Assembly: GCA_030704615.1 (NCBI GenBank)
Contig: CM060731.1
Location: 83,762,001-83,826,000, forward strand
Length of the DNA: 64,000 nucleotides
Reading direction: 5' to 3'
From: Takakia lepidozioides
Taxonomy: Eukaryota; Plantae; Bryophyta
Position numbers and translations under genes: made by a program. Every line of letters starts with the position of its first letter. Position 1 is the first letter of the stretch. The notes below the pieces were generated by a model. It had not been told where the DNA came from. It made no database searches and saw only the letters and a list, made by a program, of their open reading frames with translations. Of the stretch, positions 50,953 through 62,570 are shown piece by piece.

Positions 50953-52099
50953 CTACAACACAAATTATTTGCAATATATATAAAAAACACTATATTAATT
51001 AATTTTGAACTTTTGTTTGGTCCAGAAATAATATGAGAAATATGAATAAATAAAATTTATTATTGAAATAAAGCGATATATATGATTATTTTGGTTATTT
51101 TATACACAATATAATCCTCCAAACATTTTTTGGAGACAATATAAGTATGTAATGTGGTTTTAGAAGAACATCCACTGCCAAGTTGATGTTCACGGAAAAA
51201 AATGGGAGGATGCAATAAATTTTACCATGATGTGAGGTCAAATATGTAAAAATTTTTGCAAAAAATGGTTGCCATATCAGAGGACATACAAAACCAAACA
51301 TAGAACAATCATGGCATGTGATGAAGAGGATGATATGAAAGAATGTGTCCGCATACATTGATGATAAACATTCATATTTTATTAGAGATTGCAACTTTGG
51401 CGTTGCAGTCAGACCTAATGTAACGTCAACTGTACATCCGTTGGACTTAATGTTATCCAGCGGCTCGAAGCCATACAACGGCTTACACTAACCCATTAAT
51501 ATTACAGAGCTTCCTCCCAAACGGCTCGCAGTCAAGCATGTGTTCGAAGACGCCTCCGGTTACCACAACCACTTGCAACGGTCTCCGCACCAGATGAAAC
51601 GGAAATACTTTCGGAGAACTCGAACCTAGTAGTAACATTATCATCCAAAATGTTACTTGGAATTCTACTTGTTGAATCTCTTGATGCCCTTGAAGCCTGT
51701 CGGGAAGCCCGCCATTCTTGCCAATCACGAAGCTCTTTTTCTTCTTTTCGAATTCGCTCCTTGAATGTGACTGGGCAAAACAATTTTTCATATGACAAAT
51801 GTCAGCTGAAATGCGGAACATTTGTAGAAAAAATGATAAAGTAAAAGTGCAAGTGGAAGACACTTTCAAGATCAAATTCTCCATAAACAACAAACAGTGG
51901 GATAAGTACATACCAAGGTAATCAGGTTCCTTTTGTTGTGGGATCCAAACACGATGATCAACATATCTTTCATACCAAGCCCAATAGGCATTGTCACGAC
52001 CAATTGGCTTACGAAAACACTTGGCAGGGTTCTCGCTGATGTAATCTACGACTGTTGAAGCTGCAGCCATTTTCAATATATATGGCCACACAGTTTTTG

Positions 52100-52600
52100 T
52101 CATATCATCCTGGTCAACCAATCCCTTTGGTGATGGCTTGTATGAAATAGGGAAGAATCTAGTATTTGGTGGGTTTCGGAGGCCTTTGATGGCTCATCAT
52201 CAACAAGGAGTATTTGTCCTTGCGTTGCAAAGGGTATACCAGGGTACTTGGCAAGAACAGTGCGAATATCCTTAACGAGATATTTCATCTCAGGCATGAT
52301 ATAACCGGTAGTGTCTTTGCAATCCTCAGCTGACCAGATGAAGCAAAACTTCTTCGCAATTTTCGTAGGATCTAAGCACTCGAGCATCCTACAAAGAACA
52401 TGTCTTTCATCACATGACCAGATCACCACGTGAAAATGCATAAACGCAAGGTTGAGAAACTCCAAGACTCCGGGCCGGGGAACCACAAAAGGTCTTTCGA
52501 AAACATGAACTGTAACTTTCCTGAAACGAAATCTCTCCTTAAACAATTCACTGCCGATTGGAGGTGGCCGGTAGCAAAGGAGACCGTTGACACTCAATAT
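52100..52600 (-). pseudogene. FCP1/NIF-type HAD phosphatase-like ORF with degenerate motif I
   Basis: LSVNGLL, RPGVLEFL, VVIWS, ILLVDDEPSK. Confidence 0.65.
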
Positions 52601-54162
52601 TAACAGCGTCTGTTTTCTCTTCCCCGATGTTGCAAATGAATGTTGATGGACGATACCAACCTGCGCAATTTAAGTGTTCCCGCCGTCAGAAACAACACAA
52701 TGTAGCGTTTCTTAGTTTCAGAGTGACCTCTACGTTTTCGGAGACATAAGTGTCCCGAGAATGGACTATTGTAAAGGACCAAGAGTAGACCATATATCGA
52801 AGAGTTCGAGATCACGAAAAGATGAACGTCGGCTGTCAAGTGGAGGTTAGTGGACGCACCTTGTCGGGAGGCGCATTCAAGAAGTTATGTGGCTCCATAC
52901 TCGCTTGTTTAGAAATTACGGAGTTAGTTTGGGACAGAAAAAAAAACTGCAAACGAAAGTGGAGAAATTGTTTTGAAATGTACCATTGAAGCCTTATTGG
53001 AATGTCTTGCAGAAGAACAATGGATTCCCGCAGGCTTGGATTGACGAGGCGCCACAACATCCGAGGAAGTCCTCATGTGTTTGGAGTCCGCTTTTTTTTT
53101 CTTGTCAGCCTTTTGTCCTTTGGAATGATTCCCTGCAGAGGAAAGAAATGGCTCGGGGGCTGTTTTTCGCCTCTTTGGTGCAGAACATTGTGCGAGCAGT
53201 TCAGGGTCACGCTGTGTCGATGTTGGAGATGTTTTGTCATTGAACGAAGGGAGAAGTGGAGGGGCAACAACAGGCAAGCACAGAAAATTGTCCCTTGAGC
53301 ACTCGACATCCTGGATGGAATGAAAACGCAACGAAGGAATAATTTACCTCGGAACTGCATTCTAATACAGACGTCGTTTAACATGAATGTCATAATCTGC
53401 AGATTTTCTTACCTGGAGCGACAGATGAATATCAGACCCCAAACTAAGTGAAACTAGGAGAATGAGCAAGGAGCGAGAAATGAGTTTAAGTCACCTAACT
53501 CCTGCGGATTTGGGCTGTCCAACCCTCGTGCTGGGGAGATATGCGAGGAAGAGACGGAAGCAGGTGCAGCGGAGGTGTGGCCGAGTCCCCGACGGTTGGA
53601 TAGACCAGACCCTGCGTACTGAACAGGGAGGGTGAGGAATGTTGGGAAAGGACAATAAAGTCTCCGGGATATTTGTGTTCTTCACCTGCACCTTGGACTT
53701 TACCCCCAGGAGGACCCGAGAGGAGAAGAGTGTCGTCCGCTTCCCGGGAGGACAAGGGTCTGACAGAGGATCCATCCTCAATTTGAGCACCATCGTGAAC
53801 CCTCGGAAAGCCTTCAATACTCCGACTCACAGCTGATCCGGAGGGTTCCTTTAGGGGACTTGAGGAACCGATGACGTTGTCAGCATCTCCTTGAACCTGC
53901 CAAAGAGACATAATCATAAATCCGGGAATGCATGAATGCGAACCTCCACTGAACAATGGAGGTCACTAGATATAGTTTTGTCCCCGTATGAAGGCCTGTA
54001 TCAGAGTCTTGGGATTGTTCGGAATGTGCGTTAAGAATTCAACTGAAAATGAGTCAAAATGAGAGTACCATATCTTTCACGTGTGTGATTACAAGGAAAT
54101 GAAAAAGAGAAACCATGAAGATATTCAATAGCTCGAGTGAGATGGGATTGATAAAAAATAAT

Positions 54163-54864
54163 TTATTTTGAAGCATCATATCTGAGACTCTTAAAACCGT
54201 TGTCCTCAATAAAATCCCAGAGTGGGCTAAACTTGGGATCGTTTGAAACATTGGGAAAAAAACTCAACCTTATCATTTTTTTCCTAAGATAGCTTGAAAC
54301 ATTGGGATGTTTCCTCATTCCAAGCAAATAGGTCTGAAGAACCTTGAGAAGATAGCAACCATCAATCTCAATGGTCTGGAACGGTTTGAGAACAAGACAT
54401 GAGTCGGGCGGGTTCAATACACACTTCATGGCGGTGTCGTCAATTAGCAGAGTGTTACTCTTGGTGTATTGCCTACCAAATCCCTTCCAGACCTTGACCA
54501 GTGGCTTCAAAAACAAATGAGGAGGGTCCAATCCTGATTTGAATTGAGGGTGAACCGAAGTAGGGCATGAAATACAATCCTCTTGAGACATAACGAAGGC
54601 CGGTTGAGGTAGACCACGAAGCAAAAAATCCAGGATGGGCTGCAAGTTCTTGTACATCATAGAGCTCCAAATCCCTAACCGGTAGTGTTTGTGCAACTCT
54701 GTCCACACTTCGCGATATTTCTCCCGTCTAAAGACAAGTCGGAATCCGACAAGAGCTGGAATTCTGTAGTCCGATTCTGAAAACCGGGGGACATTGTAGC
54801 TCTTCTGGTGCTTCAAGATTTTGCACAAGACTCCATCCACGTCAAAAATAATCAAACGCAACCC
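54163..54864 (-). CDS. FCP1/NIF-type HAD phosphatase-like exon
   Basis: LIIFDVDGVL (DxDxV), LGIWSS, FLKPL.KVW, NTLLIDDT.MKC..NP. Confidence 0.75.
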   Translation of the reverse strand, partial: GLRLIIFDVDGVLCKILKHQKSYNVPRFSESDYRIPALVGFRLVFRREKYREVWTELHKHYRLGIWSSMMYKNLQPILDFLLRGLPQPAFVMSQEDCISCPTSVHPQFKSGLDPPHLFLKPLVKVWKGFGRQYTKSNTLLIDDTAMKCVLNPPDSCLVLKPFQTIEIDGCYLLKVLQTYLLGMRKHPNVSSYLRKKMIRLSFFPNVSNDPKFSPLWDFIEDNGFKSLRYDASK

Positions 54865-56484
54865 TTGCAGGAGGAGAAACAGGTGCTCCAATCTGCCAGA
54901 GAGTCATTCATACTTAGGATGATAAAAGGGAACAGTACAATGCATTGGAAAAACCGACACCAAGAAAGTGAACAAGAACGTCCACTGGACAGCCGAGGTT
55001 CACCAAACTCAGTTAAAATATTTTATGTCCCAATGAAGCGGCACGCAACTCGAGATTGGTAAGAAACTTCTGCCACCTATAATCAAAGTCTCTAAGAAAT
55101 TTGACTGCTGGGTCGTCCTCGAAGAAATCCTTGGAAACGCCGAAAGGATGTAGGTCATTGAACGGCATGACATCCATCCCCGATAACCGGAACATGTTAA
55201 GGTGAGGCTTGAGCTCTTCCAGTAGAAATTTATCCATGTCAGGGTCCACGCGCGCCTTATATTTTAACACTGAAGCATGACTCAGCAGTGCAGATACATC
55301 ACTAAACGCAAAATGACAAGTCAATGTTGTCAGCTGGTATGCCTTGGGCCAGTTCAAATACTGTTCAGGAACGAAGCCATTTTTTGCAAATTGGAATTGT
55401 GCTTGATTCATTCACTTCAGCAGTTCAACAATGCGCTTGGCTATTATCAATACCTATCCTTGTGGATCCAAAGTTGTCTTTGAGGTTCATCGTCGAACGG
55501 TGATCACAACGTTAGTCTAATCTGGGATTGAAACGCCCCCGTTAATCTACTTACTTGAAGTGTTTTGGTGCATGTGTGGAGGTTAGGACACACGTCACGC
55601 GATCGTGAAAACAGGTGTAGCCGTGCTTAGGACGAGGTTTACTATTTCATGAGCAGAAACCATGAGCCATGAGCCATGAGCCGCATGAGCCGCATGAGCG
55701 GTGAGCCGAAGTCTAAGATACGCGGATTTCATGAGCGGACTCCTCCAAATTTGGAAATGCGGCAGATTAAACAAGTATTAAAATAATAGTTTTTTATTTG
55801 ACCTTGCCGTTTTTGGACGTTCCAGATCATGTAATGCGGCGAAGATATGTCGTCAGTAACAAGTCCGCTCATGGTTTTTTAGATCCGCTCATGGAAATAA
55901 GTGACCGTGCAACGGGAAATCCAGTATACCACTGCAAAAGGACGTCGCATACTGGCCTGTATAGAGTATTCCGCGGTTTTACATGCCTTAACATTGGAAT
56001 GAAGCTGACCCTTTTGCCGCGATTGAACCAATGGAGTCTGCACCAATACAGTCTGCAGTACTTCACAATTCTGTCTTCTTCGGGTATTCGGCGGGAAAGG
56101 TTTGCAACTGAACTGGGAAATAGGGTGCCGCATTAGGGTTCGCACGTGCGAAATTTCGGAGCGGTTTGGTGTTGGCGAAGGCCGCCTCTGGGGGTACCTA
56201 CGACGATACTTGGAAATGCGGCGCCGCATTTCCTTGTCGGAGGTCGAATGAGGAAAGCAAGTTTTCGGAAAGCAGAAAAACATGAACCCTCCAACATACA
56301 AAAATACATGCACGTGGAAACAAGTGAACGATATAGTAATATCTTAGTTCGAGCAAAACAGGTTACTGGTAGGCAAGACATATGTCGGACCTTTGTGTGG
56401 CCAGAGTCTGAGGTACTGGCAGCAGTACAGTTCTACTATCCGAAAAGGATGGGCGTACCATTGTATATGGACCGCAAGCCAAGC

Positions 56485-59400
56485 TCACTGGTCCCCTGGA
56501 TCCATATTCAGAAGAGTGTCAACCTCCTGGGGGCTCAACCCTGGTGCATGTATGAAGTGATGAGTTGTGGAATTACAACGGAGTCTCTTTAGGTACACGT
56601 AGTACAAATGCTTGCAAGGGCAGTATGATGCCCCCTTGTTCGCCATGATCTGGAAGTCGGTGCAATTGCAGGTGGGTAATTCTGAAATGGTGATGGTGTA
56701 CACCTCATTGCGAACAGCTGAGCCCGCCGTGGCCATTTGATACACACGCCCGAATCCTGGTGGGGGCACTTCTGTCGAGCTCTGGATTGTACAGTTCATC
56801 CGAAGTGCATTCCCCATCCTTGTCTCGTTCACTTTTGAGGGAGGTCGCCGCCTCTTCGGTTTCCCCCAACGGTGTGTAGGATGCTTAGAGCTGTCGTGTC
56901 CCATTGTTCTTGCTCTCACAGGGGTCGGTGGTGGAGGCTGTGGAAGCGGAAATGGTTCTCTGGGGACGTCAGTGCGCTGCACCATCCGAAATCCTGCGGC
57001 GGTAAGGGCGTCGGCCTCAACCTGACTCAGATCGCAGCCTGGTTCCACCGGCCACACCGGGGGAGCCTCTGGCATTGTTTGTATGCCGTACTTGGGCTTT
57101 CCATACACGCAAGTCATAATGTCGTGCCTGCAGAACCAGAACTGGGTGGTTGTCGCCTCCGCAAACTTTGCATGGACAAATCTTCCTGTAAAAGTAGGAG
57201 CAGGGACAGCCCCATCTGGATTCCTCCTTATCATCTCTAAACAACGTTGCCGTGTATCCACACGAATTGCGGAACACCTTCCTCGAAACGACGGCTTTGT
57301 GCGAGCAATTCTCCACTGTGATGCAGACACAGTCGTCTCCACAATGGCTTGGCCATACTGCATAACAGCGGGCGGAATGTGGGGCAAGGGAGTGGTGGGA
57401 ATTTGTTGCACGAAATCCCCGGTTGAAGGCGACGGCGATCTGGAATTTCTTGGGCTTCCACTGCTGGAAGACACATTGTGCGGCAACATGACGGGACCTC
57501 GAGGTGCTGTCCGAATGTTCCTGTCGGATCTCCAGGAATCCTCTTCGCACCCGGGTTCCTCTTCAATCCTCCGCCTGACAGGGCGAGTCCGGACGTCCCC
57601 CTCTAGGTGTTCACCTCTGCGGTGCAGAGGCGTCCCTTTGATCTTCTCTCGCAATGTTGTCGCCCATTTCACTGGATTCTTGGACCTCGAAGCTGTTCGT
57701 ACCAACAATTCCTCCCTGTCCGGCCCAAAGCCCCATTGTTTGCCGCTCAGGAACTTGTAGTACGTGGCTTGCTGCATGATTGCTCTGTCGATGTCCTCCG
57801 TTGTGGCCGTCACTACGTCCACCAGATGTGCGGCAGAAGACGCTCGCCAGGAGGAGTGGACCGATTCTGCCATATTCGTGTTCGGCATGTCCGTGTCGGA
57901 ATCCAAGCACCGCTCCTAGAAGGACACAAACAATGGTGAGGGACCAATCGAAATGTCCGTAACAGAAAGACAAATGAACGAAATTGACAGCAGCCTACCT
58001 CCCGCATGTACTGTCCGAACTGTCGATACCGAAAATGCCACCACCCCAACCAGCTGTGCAATGCTCCCAGATTGGTTGTCTCCACTGCACCTGACGTGTT
58101 CCACCAAGCCTCGATGATAGCAAACTTAACCTCCGCGTCATCAAATGTGGGTGCATCCTTCCACGCCGTACAAAGGACACGGTGTTCAGCCTGGAATGAG
58201 CTAGCAACAAATTTGGTAGTGTAGTGGGATAGACTCTGCATCCAATGGAATCCACAGGATCTCTCTTTCCCCTCCATTGGAACATTGGGGTCCTCACCGT
58301 ACACACGCCGCACCGCTGCCCAGTTGGCCTGAGCGTTGTCTGCCATGAATCCCCTGAAATTGGGCTCTGGCAGTCCCGCCCTTGCCATCTGCTCGTTTAT
58401 GCCCTCCCACAGATGCATCTCGGACTGTGTGTCCTCCCCTTTCATCTCGCAGATTGCAATCGTCATGAGCCTCTTGGAGTGATAGTCATAAACATGCGCA
58501 CCCATAGTCACCCACTGATGGTTTGTAATTCGCTTGATGTGATCAAACATCACCCAAGCATTCGACAAGTTTCCAGTTGTCATGCGAGTGACCAAGTCGA
58601 CTCCACTCCCAGGCCCACACGTCGACATTTTGAAAATGTAACAACGATCGGATTCGCTGCCTTGCCCTGGAAACCTGCTACCTTGGATGTAGTCATATCC
58701 AGTCATTCGTTTCACCTCCAGGATTGAGTACATGTCCGACCCCCTGCCGAACTCCTGCTTGCAAGATACGATGTGATTCCGCACATTCGGACTACAAACG
58801 TGCGAGACGGACTCCAAGAGGTCCGCATCTCGTCTTCGGTCAAGGGCTCTCGGTCGGAACCATCTTCAGACATGATTTTGCCAAGAGCAATCTTGTGAGC
58901 TGCCTTCAGCTGAATCTGCTTTGGTCTGGCTCCGGGGCTCAATTTCACCTCCTCTTTTATGATGTCGTGTGCTTCCTGCACAGCCTCACGCATGTTGCCT
59001 CTCGCCAAGGGGTGGCAGTGGACCCCAACGTGTATGCAAGCTCTAGTCAAGTCCGGGAGCAAATGGATAACGTAGTATTGCTTGGCTCTGCACATGGACA
59101 TGCACGTTGGTGGTTCTTTGCAATGTGCACACTTGAAAGAACCCGCAGGAGCTTGGCTGGAGACAATGAATGGATGATGCGTTGTGCCAGTCCAATCCGT
59201 CTCGTTTCTCCGCCCTCCTTTGGAGAGAAAGTGGAAGCAGGTGGGATTGAGGCACCTCAGCTTCCCCGCACAGAGGACATATCGTACACGAACACCATCA
59301 GCAATTTTCGTGCTACTGGTCTTCGTCACACACCAGGGGTGTCCGTCATGCTTTCGATCCATGTCTGTTAACATCCTGGAGGCTTTCTTTGACGAAGAAA

Positions 59401-60091
59401 CAGGTGGAAACTCGAAGATGACATTGCCATCGACTTCGGGAGGCAGAAACGTTACCTTTCTGACTGGGAATTTGGCATAGTCGAGAGCAGCCAGCTCGGA
59501 GCGAGAACCATCGAGGTGATGTTGTCGTAGGAGCTGCACAATGGACCGGGTTGGAGTTATGCTCGAGGGCACATTCGTAGCACCTACAGAGACGTCCATG
59601 CCGGATTTGAACGACCGTGTGGAGGACATGGGTACCTCAATGCAATCATCTTCCTCGTCGGAAATGTCGAATACGTCCACACGAGAAGCTATGGAGGGTC
59701 TTGACGGTCCAGGTCGGGAATGATTATCGTTGCATACCTCTCTGTTGGCAGTGGCCGCCTCTCGGTTTCCGGACTCCTTTGTGGATGGTGTGGGCAGCGA
59801 CTGATTCGGAAAGGGAATGGGCATTCCCACAGCTCGGTACAGGATGGTGTCTGACGGGGGAACGTGCCATTCGATTCCGCAACCTCCGTCGTTACCTAGC
59901 ACGACAATGGTCTCGTCAACCTGTCCAGGAACATCCTTCCTTTCTTCTTCCAAATAAACTGTGCCCGGTTTGAGCTTGAATTTGGAACAAAGGTAAGTTT
60001 CAGTCACTCTGCAAAGTCCTCCCTCGTTTGGGATCCAGGCTCTCCCAAGTTGCGGAGGACAGCAAACTATAGCGTAGGAATTCGGAGCCAT
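56485..60091 (-). CDS. Transposase with GCM-like zinc domain, MULE DDE core and SWIM finger (intron 57916-57998; 1-nt frameshift near 58822)
   Basis: VMFD...FMADNAQAN..AV...CGFH...NTNMAES (D, D, CxxH, E). SWIM motif CNCTDF..CPCKH. N-terminal W..T..C.G...C...C..CxxC..C..HxHP. Confidence 0.85.
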
Positions 60092-60519
60092 CGAACACCG
60101 CACGGAGTTGGCAAGTGCGAGGTTCAGTATAGCGACAGACCAAGGCTCACAGGCACCATCTAAGTGGATCTGCGGAGTCCATCGACGATTGGAAGTGCAC
60201 ATTGAAGTGGAAAGTATTGTTTCAAGCTACATGCATGAAGGTGGGAGGTTTGATTCCATAGCCAGTGAGTATGACAATGATGGCCGATTCGGCGACGAAA
60301 TAACATCTCCTGACAGTTTCTCCTGAGGGTGGATCCAGCAGTATTCTCGGTGCAGACAGGAACGTTCGCACTGACAAGTGCCAGGACTGCTGGTTAAAAC
60401 GGTCAGACAACCAAGTTGTGCTCATCAAGACTGGCCGCAATTGTGTTGTTTCGGAACAATGCAACCCATTCAGGTTCCAGATTTCCCGTCCCGAGTGATT
60501 CTTTCGATTGCTGGTGGAC

Positions 60520-62222
60520 GAAAATACGGCGCCGCATTTCCGTATTGCATCTTGGTCATGCACCAGAGCGACGGAAATGCGGCACCGAGTTTCCGTCCGG
60601 GGGAAACCTTTATACTCTCCAGAACGGAAATGCGGTAACGCATTTCCATCCAGCAAGCACGGTATGTGAAGGTCGAACGGAAATGCGGTACCGCATTTCC
60701 GTTCTGATTGAGATTTATGAACAACGGGAACAGAAATGCGGCACCGCATTTCCGTCCGAGTCGCACTTTTCCGACATTTCAGAACGGAAAAGCGCGCCGC
60801 ATTTCCATTTTGTATCTGATGCATGGAGCTGAGGGATTGAAATGCTGCAGCACATTTCCGTCCTTAAAAGACATTCATACTCTCCAGAACGGAAATGCGG
60901 TACCGCATTTTCATTCCACAAGCACGGTATGTGAAGGTGGAACGGAAATGCGGTACCGCATTTCCGTTCTGATTGAGATTTACGAACAACGGGAACAGAA
61001 ATGCGGCACCGCATTTCCGTCCGAGTCGCACTTTTCGACATTCCAGAACGGAAATGCGGCGCCGCATTTCCATTTTGTATCTGATGCATGGAGCCGAGTG
61101 CGATTCCGACAGCTTCATACAGCGCAATTCCGACCGCTTGAGACATTCATACTATCCAGAACGGAAATGCGGCAACGCATTTCCGTTCTGACTGAAAATC
61201 GTGAACCATCTGAACTAAAATGCGGCACCGTATTTCCATCCGAGTCGCACCTACCAACATTCCAGAACGGAAATGCGGTACCGCATTTCCGTTCTGACTG
61301 AAAATCGTGAACCGTCGGAACTGAAATGCGGCAACGCATTTCCATCCGAGTCGCACCTCCCAACATTCCAGAACGGAATGTATTAGATTCAAAAGGGAAA
61401 TGCGGCACCGCATTTCCGTTCTGATGAAATATCCTGAAACCTCGGAACTGAAATGCGGTACCGCATTTCCGTCGGAGTCGCACCTTCCGACATTCCAAAC
61501 GGAAATGCGGCGCCGCATTTCCGTTTTGTATGTGAGGCATGGAGCTGTGGAACGAAAATGCGGCACGGAATTTCCGCCAGCGTCAGACGTTAATACTCTA
61601 CAGAACGGAAATGCGGTACCGCATTTCCATTCTGACTGAAAATCGTGCGCAACGGGAACAGAAATCCGGCACCGCATTTCCGTTCGAGTCGCACCTTCCG
61701 ACATTCTAGAACGGAAATGCGGCGCCGCATTTCCGTTTTGTATATTGGGCCTGGAGCTGTGCTACGAAAATGTGTACCCGCATTTCCATCCATGTGAGAC
61801 CTTCAAACTTTCCGGACCGGAAATGCGGCACCGCATTTCTGTCCAGGTGAGACCTCTATACTTTCCCGAACGGAAATGTGGCACGGCATTTCCATTCATC
61901 ATCTAACGGATGTGAAGTGGGAACGGAAATGCGGTACCGCATTTCCGTTCACATTGAAAATCATGAACCACGGGAACTGAAATGTTGTGCCTCATTCCCG
62001 TCCCAATCGCACCTTTCGACATTCCAGAACGGAAATGCGGCGCCGCATTTCCCTTTTGAATCTCATACTTGGAGCTGTGGGACGGAAATGCGGCACCGTA
62101 TTTCCGTTCAACAACTAAGGTATGTGAAGGTGGAACGGAAATGCGGTGCCGCATTTTCTTCCAACAAGTACGGATGTGTAGCTTCGTGATGGTACTTAAC
62201 GGAAATGCGGCGCCGCATTCGC
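60520..62222. repeat. Array of about 30 palindromes GGAAATGCGG-NN-CCGCATTTCC with a 53-bp period
   Basis: Starts at 60573, 60626, 60679, 60732, then 60891, 60944, 60997, 61050 and onward. The ~31-bp spacers recur as a higher-order repeat. Confidence 0.95.
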
Positions 62223-62570
62223 ATTTTCGCTCCAACTCATCAGACGCTGGGACGGAAATACCTTGAAATGTGAACACGTGGAGCAACGGAATTGCTGCAC
62301 ATGTCGGCACTCTATCTGACTGAAGGGGCATGAGGCGGCGCGGCCTGACCGTTGGATAATGATGTTTGTTTTTCGGACGGCAGGCGTACCCTCAACGATT
62401 CGAATTTCGTAATGACGCAAACTCCACGAGGAGACACTTTCGTCCAACCCTTTCGAACCCAAGTGGTGCATCACCGCCGTTTCATCTACTTTTGTCGTGT
62501 CTCCTCAGTCACCCCTCTCGCGCCCTTTCCATCTGCACTCTTTGCCCTTTTCCCTCTCTCTGTTCTTCTT

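Noticed and set aside
55626-55633. TSD partner for the termini at 55634, 35183 and 1889
   Set aside because: Their flanks do not match each other in either orientation; the partner ends are outside the window or lost.
56485-60091. KDZ/Zisupton or hAT classification (SWIM finger, 8-bp TSD)
   Set aside because: The D...D...CxxH...TNxAES pattern fits MULE best by eye. Formal classification needs a phylogeny.
60520-62222. CRISPR array
   Set aside because: The repeat/spacer geometry is similar, but spacers recur as higher-order duplicates, there are no cas genes, and the context is an intron-containing eukaryotic transposon.
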